A stretch of DNA of 63,802 bases, the filler included, from Octopus bimaculoides (taxonomy: Eukaryota): assembly GCF_001194135.2 (NCBI RefSeq). It is 8 parts of 8 records of this genome, joined end to end, with 100 filler letters (N's around TTAATTAATTAA, not from the genome) between each part and the next. Parts side by side here need not be neighbours in the genome. Positions count along the whole stretch, not along the records: positions 1 to 22,575 come from NC_069000.1; 7 more parts are not named here. One strand, 5' to 3'. Position numbers and translations under genes: made by a program. Position 1 is the stretch's first letter. Each line of letters starts with the position of its first letter. Shown here piece by piece: positions 1-12,382 of this stretch. Below the pieces are notes generated by a model. It had not been told where the DNA came from, did not search any database, and was given only the letters and a program-made list of their open reading frames with translations.

Positions 1-63
1 GAATGTTATGATTTTGTTTGTTTAAATCGAATGCAACGGAGAGTTGTGCAGTGCAGCGTTGAG

Positions 64-363
64 TTAACTGGCGTGTACACAACCTTTCACCATTAAGACT
101 CCGTTCTTGTAGTCGTACAAAGCTGGCCAAATGAAGAAGTTGATTCCTTGCTTCTGTTTTTTGTCGCACGACCACCACAGCCTGTGTCTGTCTTCGTTGA
201 AGACGGTATCGGCAACAGTGAGGCGCATGGCCGGATTTTGTATCACCATCTGCCACGTGATCCGGCTACACTCGTGAAGGTAACGACTCACCGTCTTGTT
301 TTCTGTACAGGACGACATGAAACTGGTGAACTCTTCGCTCATTTCGGCCCTTGATATGGCAAT
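64..363 (-). CDS. SPATA18-like: Mieap/SPATA18-like gene, terminal coding exon (MIEAP-type C-terminal domain)
   Basis: Acceptor tttctctctttcttAG|ATT at 365-364, phase 0. Reads IAISRAEMSEEF...YLHECSRITWQMVIQNPAMRL...FNEDRHRLWWSCD...FIWPALYDYKNGVLMVKGCVHAS*. The W-x-M-x-x-Q-x-P, WPAL and KG-x-V pattern matches my recall of Mieap-family C-termini. Family-level call only, not orthology. Confidence 0.85.
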   Translation of the reverse strand: MAISRAEMSEEFTSFMSSCTENKTVSRYLHECSRITWQMVIQNPAMRLTVADTVFNEDRHRLWWSCDKKQKQGINFFIWPALYDYKNGVLMVKGCVHAS

Positions 364-449
364 CTAAGAAAGAGAGAAAGAGAGAAAGGTGAAGCGATAA
401 AGTAAATGAAATAAGATCAAATATACGAAGGTTCTCGTCGAGGGAGAGG

Positions 450-600
450 GCATGGTTGGCTGTGTGGTTAGGAAACGCGTTAGCAACTACGTAAGTACGG
501 GTTCGATCACATCCAGTGCGCAGCAGCACTTTAGCCTCGGGTGCATCAATACTTTGTGGGCGAAATTTGATTGCCAGAAACTGCGTGGAATCCCATCATC
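450..600 (+). mobile_element. Diverged tRNA-derived SINE (family 1 variant) in the last intron
   Basis: A-box-like TGGCTGTGTGG and B-box-like GGTTCGATC, then tagcctcggg...ttgtgggcgaaatttg...gaaactg, colinear with the family 1 copies at 23123 and 26564. Confidence 0.6.
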
Positions 601-633
601 ATTTCTTTCTTTTTTCTTTCTTCCTGTGCTAGT

Positions 634-681
<48 letters not shown>

Positions 682-2307
682 GGTGTTTTATATATATATA
701 TATATATATAATGTTTGNNNNNNNNNNNNNNNNNNNNNNNNNNNNNNNNNNNNNNNNNNNNNNNNNNNNNNNNNNNNNNNNNNNNNNNNNNNNNNNNNNN
801 NNNNNNNNNNNNNNNNNNNNNNNNNNNNNNNNNNNNNNNNNNNNNNNNNNNNNNNNNNNNNNNNNNNNNNNNNNNNNNNNNNNNNNNNNNNNNNNNNNNN
901 NNNNNNNNNNNNNNNNNNNNNNNNNNNNNNNNNNNNNNNNNNNNNNNNNNNNNNNNNNNNNNNNNNNNNNNNNNNNNNNNNNNNNNNNNNNNNNNNNNNN
1001 NNNNNNNNNNNNNNNNNNNNNNNNNNNNNNNNNNNNNNNNNNNNNNNNNNNNNNNNNNNNNNNNNNNNNNNNNNNNNNNNNNNNNNNNNNNNNNNNNNNN
1101 NNNNNNNNNNNNNNNNNNNNNNNNNNNNNNNNNNNNNNNNNNNNNNNNNNNNNNNNNNNNNNNNNNNNNNNNNNNNNNNNNNNNNNNNNNNNNNNNNNNN
1201 NNNNNNNNNNNNNNNNNNNNNNNNNNNNNNNNNNNNNNNNNNNNNNNNNNNNNNNNNNNNNNNNNNNNNNNNNNNNNNNNNNNNNNNNNNNNNNNNNNNN
1301 NNNNNNNNNNNNNNNNNNNNNNNNNNNNNNNNNNNNNNNNNNNNNNNNNNNNNNNNNNNNNNNNNNNNNNNNNNNNNNNNNNNNNNNNNNNNNNNNNNNN
1401 NNNNNNNNNNNNNNNNNNNNNNNNNNNNNNNNNNNNNNNNNNNNNNNNNNNNNNNNNNNNNNNNNNNNNNNNNNNNNNNNNNNNNNNNNNNNNNNNNNNN
1501 NNNNNNNNNNNNNNNNNNNNNNNNNNNNNNNNNNNNNNNNNNNNNATATACATACATACATACATACATACATACATACATACATACATACATACACACA
1601 TATATATATTAATATATCATATACAAAATTATGAGTGTAATCTGTCTAATCTATGTGCATACACGTATGTATGTATGTATGTATGTATGTATGCTTGTGT
1701 ATATGCATGTGTGGATGTATGTGTGTATGTATGTATGTGTGTGTGTGTGTGTATGTACGCGTGTATGTGTGTATGAATGCATTTTGATGATTAATTTCAA
1801 ATATCATTAAGAAAATATTTGAAAATGCGTTTTATCCAATGGAAAAAAACGTTGCAAGATTCATTCTTGTGATCACATTTATTAGATAACGTTTCATAAG
1901 ATTGTTACATATATTACATAGATACCAATGTCTTTATCCGATGTATTTTATTTTAACCCCCTTGAGACCGCCCTGCCCTCATGGTATAATCTTCCTACTT
2001 TGAAATAATCTTAACCAAAATTCTGCGTTAATTCATGTTCCAAACGCCAACTGAACAATTACGTCATTTTACTAAATTCTTCATAAGTTTCTAAATTAAT
2101 TGAAACGATGTCAATGAACTTCAAGAGAAATATGGTAAGAAAAGGGTTGAATAACTTGTAGAGTGGAATTTGAGGGATAATAGCTGCCATGTCTAACAAA
2201 TCGAAAAACCACGTTAGAATTTGTACGTTTCTGTTGTGAGTGGCTGGATTTAGAAATGATTTAGCTTTGTGTGTCACCATAGAAACACGAAACATTTTTA
2301 GTCATAC

Positions 2308-2518
2308 CATGAGCATGAAACAGAGGAACTTGACAATCTCCTCTTCATCTCTGTTGGTCGTATCTTCAAGACTCTCTTTTGCATCCAACCACTCTTGACT
2401 TTCTAACCTGTCATACTTCCTGGCCACAATCGACGGCCGACATTGCTCGTTGATGTTCTCCACTAGACGGTTATCTCTCCTCGCAACTATCGGTGCTTTC
2501 GCAGGACTACTGGAGAGG
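2308..2518 (-). CDS. SPATA18-like: Mieap/SPATA18-like gene, internal exon
   Basis: Acceptor cctgtcttccAG (2520-2519) and donor ATG|GTATGA (2307-2306). Length 211 nt = 1 + 70 codons, so phase 2 in and phase 0 out, matching both neighbours. Peptide LSSSPAK...ENINEQCRPSIVARKYDRLESQEWLDAKESLED...KFLCFMLM carries the RP...EW.DA.E.L motif of the family. Confidence 0.85.
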
Positions 2519-2528
2519 CTGGAAGACA

Positions 2529-2530
<2 letters not shown>

Positions 2531-2614
<84 letters not shown>

Positions 2615-2647
2615 TAACATATATAATTATTATAACAATAATAATAA
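2531..2647. repeat. (TAA)n microsatellite
   Basis: Read directly; explains the poly-Tyr stretch of ORF 2302..2769. Confidence 0.98.
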
Positions 2648-2945
2648 AGAGGAAAACTAGTTAAGAGTAGCAACATCACACGAGACAAAGCCAATGAAAT
2701 AAGAGAATTAGACCAAAGCCAGACATACAAATATTTAGGCATCAATGAACTGGATAGGATACAACACACACAAATGAAAGAGATAATAAAGAAAGAATAC
2801 TATAGACGAGTTAGATCAATACTGAAAACAACGCTCACTGCTAAAAATAAGACAATAGGTATTAACACCTTAGCCGTCCCAATTATAAGTTATTGCTACA
2901 ATATCCTTAACTGGACACTAAATGAACTAACCAGCATAGACAGGA
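2648..2945 (+). mobile_element. R4/Dong-type non-LTR retrotransposon fragment (late RT/thumb region)
   Basis: Reads ...QTYKYLGINE...MKEIIKKEYYRRVRSILKTTLTAKNKTIGINTLAVPIISYCYNILNWTLNELTSIDR, typical of R4/Dong ORFs; starts right after the TAA tract. Confidence 0.8.
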
Positions 2946-3147
2946 ACGTCCATCATGTGCCCGTCTGCCTTTGTACTGCCCATCACTTGACAAGTGGTGT
3001 TGTCAAGCGAAGTTTGATAGAAAAAAAGAAATAAGTAGTGAGGCGATCTTTTCGATGAAAACCTTCCCAGGTGGTGCTCCAGTATGAGCGTAGGCCAACG
3101 ACTGAAGCAAGTACAAGATAAGAGATAAGTAAGAATTGAAGACTTAC

Positions 3148-3719
3148 CGTTGTTTGAGCAATTCATTTTCTTTTTTCGCATTCGTGAGGCTGTTTTCCAG
3201 ACTTTTATATTCACAACGACAATGTTCCAGTGACTGGTTGGCCGTGTCTAAAGCGATCCTCAATCGTTTGTATTCGTCCTGCAAGTTTGTATTTATCGTA
3301 TTCATCTCCTGCAAGGTTTTCTGTATTTTATCCACTTCACTTTTCAAACTAACGTTCTCGGCCTTGGTTTTGTGCATCTCGGCTATGATGACCTCCCCGG
3401 GACCCTGCGATTTATTCATCGCAGGACGTTCATCATGACACTTACCCAGCTGCCGCTTCAGTTCTTCGTTTTCGCGTTTCATTTCATCCAGTTTCATCCA
3501 CAGTTGACCCATGCTACCCCCACTGCGCTTAACGCGGGGCGTACCACCGACTGACGACAGTCGCTGGTTCTCCTCCAGCAGCGATTCGATAAGACATTTT
3601 GCTTGATTCAGTAGATGTCGACTTTGGGCATCTCGCTTCTTCACGACGAAAACATTGCCAAGACTGTCGCAAAACGACTTGGCATCAGACACTAAATCTT
3701 TTTTCCCACCCTCGGACAT
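3148..3719 (-). CDS. SPATA18-like: Mieap/SPATA18-like gene, coiled-coil exon (exon begins at 3742, first ATG at 3719)
   Basis: Acceptor tctgtcttttcgttttAG|GTACG (3744-3743) and donor CAACG|GTAAGT (3147-3146), phase 2. Heptad-rich peptide (LDEMKRENEELKRQL; LKSEVDKIQKTLQEM; YKSLENSLTNAKKENELLKQR). The frame is open from the acceptor, so upstream coding exons are possible. Confidence 0.85.
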
Positions 3720-4107
3720 CTTCTGTTCTTTTCTTTGCGTACCTAAAACGAAAAGACAGACACATATTAGAATTAGGGTTTAATCACAAAGAACGAGCAG
3801 TACTCAATTTCCTTCTCTTTCCCCATAAACTTTGGAGAGGCTGGTCTCCACCAACTCATGGAATTGATGTGATTCATATCTATTATAAAATAAATATGAA
3901 AAGCAATACGTCAAACAGAAATGTGCATCAAATCAAATTTCTCATCTTGTTTAAACACGTTCTGCCGATAACATCATGACAGAATCCCAAGAGAAAAACT
4001 ACGAAATCTCTCTCTCTCTCTCTCTTCACACACATATACGGCCATACATATAGACATGACTACACACTCACGCACACACACACACACACACACACACNNN
4101 NNNNNNN

Positions 4108-4147
<40 letters not shown>

Positions 4148-5214
4148 GATGTCTGCCAACACTCGCACATATATCAAAGCTTGCTTTTATATGTCAAGTT
4201 ATATATAAAAACAATTTAACATTAGAACTGAAGAATTAACCAATACTTTTTGTAGAATAAATATTTGAATAAAGAAAGAAAGTTAGTAGAAGTGGTTAAT
4301 CTTAACGGAAAGAATAAGGCAGACAGACAGGCAGACAGTATATGTAGGGCTCTTCATCCTATTATAACAAATGAATAAATATATTAATAATAATAATAAC
4401 AATATTAACAATATAATGATAATAATGATAATAATAATAATAACCTGTGATGCTATAATCTCTTGTATCCGATTAAACGGGACGGGTGGGGGCGCTGTTA
4501 TAAGACCAGACTCTGAACCACTCGAAGATTTGGTTTTCAACGCTTGTTGTTGTTGTTGTTGTTGTTGTTGTATAGTTTCAGGCCAGGCTACTCTGAGCAA
4601 AATTAGGATCAAAGACGTTCCAACCGTGATCACATCTGATTTATTTTGTATATTTGTGCCATTCTTAAAACGATAGGGTAAGATTTGAGGGAAACTTGGT
4701 TCCTATTTCTAGCAGGTTGAGCGACCAACTAAAGATTCGCCGAAAGATTTACCACCACCACCACCATACCCACCACTATTATCACCTGCTTCATCATGAG
4801 ATGATGACGACCACCACCTCCACCGCTACTGCCATCACCACCACCACCACCACCACCACCACCACTACCATCTGCACATATAATGCAACATCTGTTCAAT
4901 TCAATCCCGACATAATAAGGGTGTCAGTCACAGACACACATTTTGGGATTATATCCCCCCCCCCCACTCGAACCCCACTCTCGCCTANNNNNNNNNNTTG
5001 GGATTATATCCCCCCCCCCACTCGAACCCCACTCTCGCCTACCTACAAGACTTGTTTAGTCGCCTGCGGCCCGATTTGAACATTGTCCGTCTATGATGAA
5101 GAAAACAAAGCTAGCCGGGAAAATGATGATGATGATGATGATGTGTATGTGTTTTGTTTCACAAACGAAAAAGAAAGTACTCAATACATAATGCAAGCTA
5201 CAGTCATAGTTCAG

Positions 5215-5402
5215 CCCAGTGGGTCCCTTTCATTTCCCTATTTTACTCTACTGAATCCCATGTTAAAAAAAGAAAAAAAATCCCATTATATTTTAATAAT
5301 TAAATATTATTAGGAATTGTGCATTTCAGAAATGAAACCAATTTATTGCCGATAAATTTCAAGGAAAAATAATCTTGTATGGACCCCAGTTGAGAACCGT
5401 TG
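5215..5402. mobile_element. Partial hAT-type MITE (right end)
   Basis: Ends ggaccccagttgagaaccgttg followed by ATCTAGAC, a Charlie-like NTCTAGAN target site; left TIR not identifiable. Confidence 0.4.
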
Positions 5403-5974
5403 ATCTAGACCTTTGATTTGTAGGTACAGTCTATCCCTGCAAGCTTCTACACAGTTTCCATCTACTAGTGTCACCTATAGGATATCGAAGAAAAGACTTG
5501 CTCAAGATATCGTGTTGTGGATCGAACCCGATACCGCAGGAGTGCGAAGTGAACTTGTTAACCATTTCGTTGAGCTCCCATTTACACCGACATCTGCCAC
5601 AATCTCGTTTGCCCCTTCCCCGTTATAAGAAACTTGTAAACCTTTACACACACAAAAAAAAAAAACGAAAGAAATCAATGCAGTCCCTTAAAGGGAGCTC
5701 CTGTTGTTGTTGTTGTTGTTGTTGTTGTTGTGCTCCTTACGATCGACATTACTCAGTTTAATTAAACGCTTCATTGACATCGTTCTAATTAGTCATTTCA
5801 GCGCTGAGACATGAACGATCGAGCTATGACGTCATTGCATTTAGTCAGTTGAAGTGTTGCTCTGGAAAGTTACTTTCGATTCCAATAGTGACGTCATCTT
5901 CTGTTCGTTGTCGGTGTTTAGCTCTGCATCAATCCAAATCAAGAAGACCAATATAACACATTCCATTTGTGACC

Positions 5975-6042
<68 letters not shown>

Positions 6043-8554
6043 GACAATACGAAGAGCGCGATGCGATTGCAATAGATGTTTTATTGGTCGAACGATATTT
6101 CAAAAGCCTGCCTAGCTTTGTCGAGTTCAAAATGAAAAGTGATACATAGAAATTGAAAATTATAGAAATTCAAGTTCAAAGTTTGAACGAGAGCAACCGG
6201 CGTTCCCATGTTGATGGAATGGCATTACCAGTCTTCAGTTTTCAAGTTTACGACTGGAACAAAGAAAAAGAAAAAAACAAAACAAAGCAAAAAAGACGTA
6301 CTCTGCCTATGTGATACACGTATAGTTATTATGCACAACAGACATGAGAGCATTCATTGTTATGGCTTACGTGTATGTCATAACACGATGCGAGGAGGTG
6401 CAATGGCCACGTACATACATGCATGCATACATATATATATACACACACACACACACACATACATACATACATACATACATACATACATACATACATACAT
6501 ACATACATACGTAGATACATCACGCCCAACCATTTAAAAAAGGAGCCTCCACTTAGACAATGCCGTCCTGGATAAACAAAATAAATTGATGGTCATGGCT
6601 AGAGTGCCTTTGCTCATAAGTCTGTTCAGTCAGAGATGACTTAGAGCTAAGCAACAAGAACACCAGGAACATCACCAGAATAACAGAATGAAAGCGGAAA
6701 GACCCGCAGTCTTTATTTATGTCATTAATGCAGACCTAAAATTTATTGTCAAAATGATTCAGCTCGGCCGTTTGTAAATAAGCAACAGCACCAGATGGCA
6801 CGGCCGTTTCTATAAGTGGAAGGGAGGCAGCTCAAAAAAAAGTTTCGCTTTATTATTTCATTAATTTGTACTTTATCCGTGAGAAAATTTCAAGAAGGAA
6901 TGAGTCTCCAATAAGTTTATAGTATTTTGGATTTCATCGGATGGAAATAAAGTCTTTCGAATTGCTGTCCTTGAAATACGATACTCACTACACTTTTACT
7001 AACACGATTATATGAATTGACATTTTAGCAATGACGTCACTGGATCTTGTTTTATTAAATTTGTGTGGTACAATTTCGTTTCCTTGAACAACGATTAACC
7101 CCACCACCACTTGATATCGGAAGCTTATGAAAAAAAAGTGGTATTAATTACATAAACTAAACAAAACCACACAACAAGCAAATGGTCTATTAACTCTGTT
7201 GACTCAGAGAAGCAAGCAACACAATCTTCGATTTGTTTAAATAGAGCTCGTTGCATCTGATGACTGATGGCTCCCAGAAGCCATTGCGTTTTCATCTAAC
7301 AATTGGTGACTCACTCAATATGCACACCCATGGCAGCCTGACTGTCTCTGCGTTGACACAGTATCGTCTGCTAAAACAGGTTTCACGCCTGTTGCCTTGA
7401 TAATCCTATTAATGGCTAGACACATCAATATATATATATATANNNNNNNNNNNNNNNNNNNNNNNNNNNNNNNNNNNNNNNNNNNNNNNNNNNNNNNNNN
7501 NNNNNNNNNNNNNNNNNNNNNNNNNNNNNNNNNATTGTAAAAATGATGACTTGAATAATTTTCAATGAATTCATCTTTTCTGTGTGGAAAAATGGAAAAC
7601 GAGGGAAAGAAACGAATAACATTAATGAATGAATGAATGAATGAAGGAAGGAAGGAATGAATGAAGGAAGGAAGGAAGGAAGGAAGGAATGAATGAAGGA
7701 AGGAAGGAAGGAAGGAATGGACCCGGTCATTTGTTACTCTCGATTAATGACTCACTCAGTCATTAAAAGTGAAAGTAACAACTTCTGGATTCTGTGAATA
7801 TGTTTTTGTTATGGAATCCATGAAATTATGATAAGTGAGGATTGCTTAAATCAGGGGTCTTCGGTGCATTTAATTTAATTCGATTCAGTTAAGCATTCAA
7901 GCTGACTGCGTTGGGATTTGAACTCAAAACACAAAGAGCCAGAACGAATATCGCTCTAACGCTCCGACGATTCCACAAATTCATTCCGTTCACTTGTTAC
8001 TTATCGGCTTCGGAAGGTTCAAAGACAGCGTTTGACTTTGGCGGAATTTCAGCTCAAAATGAAAGAAGCCCAAATGAATATCACAAGACATTTCAATCCA
8101 ATGCCCTAAAGGTGTTGCCAATTGTAGGCATGAAGGTGCGTCGTCAAGTGGTTAAAGTGTTAGGCTCCTGATCGTAAGATTGTGGGTTCGATTTCTGGTG
8201 CGCAAATCGCATAACTATAGGTTTTTCCAGTTCATTGACCGAGAATATCAACCTGGCGGATCAGTTCTCTCTCCTTACAGCATTCACACCCTCACTCTTT
8301 CCTTTGGCTCAATGGTGCGAGAAAAAAAAATTTAATCCAATTTTAGGACACGTGTTTCAGTGATTTCTTTCACTTACCGCATTCAGTCTTTATATTTCGT
8401 TGTGTCTCTTTGAGTAAAATGGTTTGCGAAAAAAAAAAAAGAAATGAAACACGTCTAATGAAAGGCTTTAAATATCACTAAAGTTGTTTTCTATGTTTAT
8501 TTCAACAAAAAGTGACGCTGGTTATTACGTTAGCAACGTAGTTCATGGAAGAGC

Positions 8555-8792
8555 AGCAGTCGCCCATGCATACCAGCCTCTCTTGTCCCCACACCACCAA
8601 TGTTATCCAAGGGAAAGGCAAAGGGGCTGATACAGCTTGGCACAGTGACGACACAACTCATTTCTACAGCTGAGTGAATTGGAGTAACGTGAAATGAAGT
8701 GTCTTGTTCAAGAACACAACTCGCTGCCCGGACCGGAAATCGAACTCACAACCTCACGATCATAAGCTCAAGGCTCTAACCACTGAGCCATG
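8555..8792 (-). mobile_element. tRNA-derived CORE-like SINE (family 4)
   Basis: Minus strand: TGGCTCAGTGGTTAGAG (A box), GAGTTCGATTTCC (B box), tgtgttcttgaacaagacactt (CORE-like). A second partial copy lies at about 31815-31930. Confidence 0.8.
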
Positions 8793-9134
8793 TATGTATA
8801 TATACCCACACATGTGTATATNNNNNNNNNNNNNNNNNNNNNNNNNNNNNNNNNNNNNNNNNNNNNNNNNNNNNNNNNNNNNNNNNNNNNNNNNNNNNNN
8901 NNNNNNNNNNNNNNNNNNNNNNNNNNNNNNNNNNNNNNNNNNNNNNNNNNNNNNNNNNNNNNNNNNNNNNNNNNNNNNNNNNNNNNNNNNNNNNNNNNNN
9001 NNNNNNNNNNNNNNNNNNNNNNNNNNNNNNNNNNNNNNNNNNNNNNNNNNNNNNNNNNNNNNNNNNNNNNNNNNATATATATGCACACATGCCATAAACA
9101 GTGGGTCATATATAGTCGGTGCTAACATGTATAC

Positions 9135-9177
<43 letters not shown>

Positions 9178-9499
9178 TCTCTTTACATATATATAAAGGG
9201 TGGTTAATTGGCTTCCGGTTGGATGCACCCTGCATTCAAATCGCACACATGTCAATTTTGCCTTTTTTATTCTTTCGAGGTCCACAAATAGAGCACCAGT
9301 CAATATTGCGGCTGTTTTTTCTCATTACTTTTATGGAATGGCCTACATTAAAGGGACCAAGAAAGGTGCCAATCCTTTGACACCAACTCAAAGAAATCAC
9401 CAAGAAAAACTGATTACTTGTTTCCCTGCCTGTTACGTATTTTCTTTTGACTCTTTGTTGCTTTCTAACTCTCTCAGTTGGAGAGGTAATCAGTAATGT

Positions 9500-9680
9500 T
9501 AAAGGGGACAGGGGATTAGTCAATCATAAAGGCCCCAAAGTTTGACTCGTACTTTATTTGTAGATTCCGAAAGGATGAATGGGAAAGTTAACGATTCGAA
9601 CTCATGTACTAAAGAACCAGAACAAACACTGCAGCAAGACATTTTCTCTGCTTCTGACGCTCCAACAACTCTGCAAGCCC
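9500..9680 (-). mobile_element. Diverged tRNA-derived SINE (family 3)
   Basis: Reverse complement aligns by eye with 44572-44772 (gttcgaatc...ctttcccattcatcctttcgg...aataaagtac). Other degenerate copies at about 7850-8110, 48190-48300 and 62290-62445. Confidence 0.55.
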
Positions 9681-10317
9681 AGCGCCAATGAGAATAGAAT
9701 GTATTATAGTATAACATAATGTGTTATATGATATAATGCAATATAATATGAATTAACATAAAATAAATGATATGATATAATCTAAGATGATATAATATGA
9801 ATTAACATAATCTAATCGGATGCGATAGTATCCTCGTAGGTCATGCTTCATAGAAAGCAGTGTTGCAGCATGACACGAGTATTTGACCACCGACCTTAAA
9901 TAACTCTTCGTCGTCTCACAGTTAATTGTTGTTGTTATTTGAGCCCTAGGTGAGGCCTGTTAACGCACATATATGACCACAGGCATTCCAGCCATGACAC
10001 TCCTATGTTTTCAGGTGTGTCCAGCGCTACACTATCTAATGTAACGTTTACTGGCTGCAGAGAGTCGGGTGTGGTTTTAAGGAACGGATATATGTCTTCT
10101 GTGTTATAACAGTAAGGTTACATCAGATGTAAGGATTCATTCACTTTTGTCATGCCATACGATATAGAGTAACGATACACTATATCTCACATGCCGTACT
10201 ATATCGTAATGATACACGATATCTCATTCACATATCATCGTATCGAGTAATGACACACCTCTTGTCATTTTATGCCATACAGTAATGATACACCATACCT
10301 CACCGCATGCCATACTA

Positions 10318-10545
10318 TTGGGTTGTCCGGAAAGTTCGTGCCGATTTATAGTAGCTTACCTTTCGACTTATTTGCCATGAAACCACCTCAACTCTGGGAA
10401 GAGGGTATTTTCAAGTTAAAGGAAAGATGGAGACGCATTGTGCAACAAAATGGTTCATACTTGGTTGATTAAAAATGGAATGGCAAGTATTTATTGACCT
10501 TTTTCTTTCCTTTAAAAATCGGCACGAACTTTCCGAACAACCCAC
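10318..10545 (+). mobile_element. Mariner internal-deletion derivative
   Basis: About 30-bp TIRs (ttgggttgtccggaaagttcgtgccgattt / aaatcggcacgaactttccgaacaaccca), flanking TA, and transposase C-terminus KPPQLWEEGIFKLKERWRRIVQQNGSYLVD*. Confidence 0.92.
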
Positions 10546-11441
10546 TATATATACTAATGATATACCACTGCATCCATTTTTTCAGTTAAAATTCATCTAC
10601 CTATCTACACACACACACACACAAAATACCTAATGTGACTTTATATATTTATATAGACACTGAAGTATGTGATTGATTAGGGAAGGGAAGGATTTGGCTG
10701 CTATTTCTAGCGGACTGTGTGACCATGTATAAGACGCAATAATAGAAGGCTGTCCTGGCGACTTCATGTCATATACAGCCACAGCACAAGCCAGGAGCAT
10801 CCATGAAAATCATGTGGCAGGTGGGTCATTTATGGATGACTCGATCCGCTGCAAATCGCAGCCAAATCTCCTTCAAACCATACATTATCAGTCTGAAGCA
10901 AACAAAGGATATGTCTATCTGTCTGTCTGTCTGTCTGTCTACCTGTCTGTCTGTCTGTCTCTTTCTCTATCAACCAATCTATCTACCTGTGTGTGTCTAC
11001 ATGCATGTCATATATACATACGCATATATATATATACATACATACATACATATGCATGCATACATACATACATACATACATGCATGCATGCATGCATGTT
11101 TGTATACACACACATGCACACATACATAAACACGCATATACATAGAGACATAAAGACGGTTAGGTGACGTCTGGAAAGCACTTGATCGAATGTCTGGTTG
11201 GTCAGGGTTGACCGGGGACTAAAAGGACAGCAGCTACATCACCAAGAACAACCTCACTATACCATCGATCCTGAGCTGCTCTGGTCATAACAACTACGAT
11301 ATACTGATGACGCAACGTTTGTCTGACCAAACCCATGTCATATGATAATGACACATCGTTTCTTTCTCGGACACATGTCCCATTCATCATAACATATGCC
11401 AAGCTGTCATAGATTATATCATTTTATATATTATATTATGT

Positions 11442-11487
<46 letters not shown>

Positions 11488-12125
11488 GTACATACGGGAA
11501 TACACCAGTTGCTAGACGAATGGAGAGTAGGAAAAGCTGTCAGCTGGTTCCAAGTATGTATGTATGCGTGTACGTGTATGTATGCATGTGTGTGTATGTA
11601 TGTATGTATGTGTATGTATGTATGTGAGCGTATGTATGTGCATATGCATATATATATGCATATAAACATATGCACACATATACACACATACACACACGTG
11701 TCTGCGTGTGTATGTGTGTATATATATATATATATATTTATATGCGAGTAAAAATAAATACAAGAAAGGTGGATTTTTTTGTATGATTGTGTATAGAGGA
11801 ATATATTATTTTGCTTAAAAGAGTTCCAACACTGTCTGTTTTTTATGTTTTATTTATATTCCTGCAGAACTAATGTGGGGTATAGAATATGGAATATACA
11901 ATATATAATATGATATACAATATACAATATAAAATAAAATAAAATAAAATAAAAATGGATGGCACCATGAAAGAAAGTATTGAATGTAGATGAAATATTG
12001 AGTGTTCAATATAAAGGATCAAATATATAAATATATAAATATAAATATATATATATAAAGGCGACTCGAGTTTCAGGGCTATTTCCCTTCGTCATGACCG
12101 GTATGACAGACTTTAACAGACTGTC

Positions 12126-12158
<33 letters not shown>

Positions 12159-12237
12159 TACATATATATGTATGTATGTATGTATAATGTATATAACAAA
12201 GAGAGAGAGAGAAACTGACAGACAGACACACTGACAG

Positions 12238-12295
<58 letters not shown>

Positions 12296-12336
12296 NNNNN
12301 NNNNNNNNNNNNNNNNNNNNNNNNNNNNNNNNNNNN

Positions 12337-12382
<46 letters not shown>

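Noticed and set aside
430-600. GC-rich open frame as the missing Mieap exon
   Set aside because: It is a diverged plus-strand SINE; no convincing phase-compatible splice pair.
452-1776. Long ORFs such as 452..1612, and all similar X-rich, poly-Y/I/H/S or CVCV/YIYI ORFs
   Set aside because: They arise from N gaps and microsatellites lacking stop codons.
2059-2295. 78-aa ORF directly after the middle exon
   Set aside because: Lies in the intron beyond the GTATGA donor; no recognisable homology or usable splice pair.
4943-5041. Exact 45-bp direct repeat
   Set aside because: Flanks a 10-N gap; overlapping contig ends.
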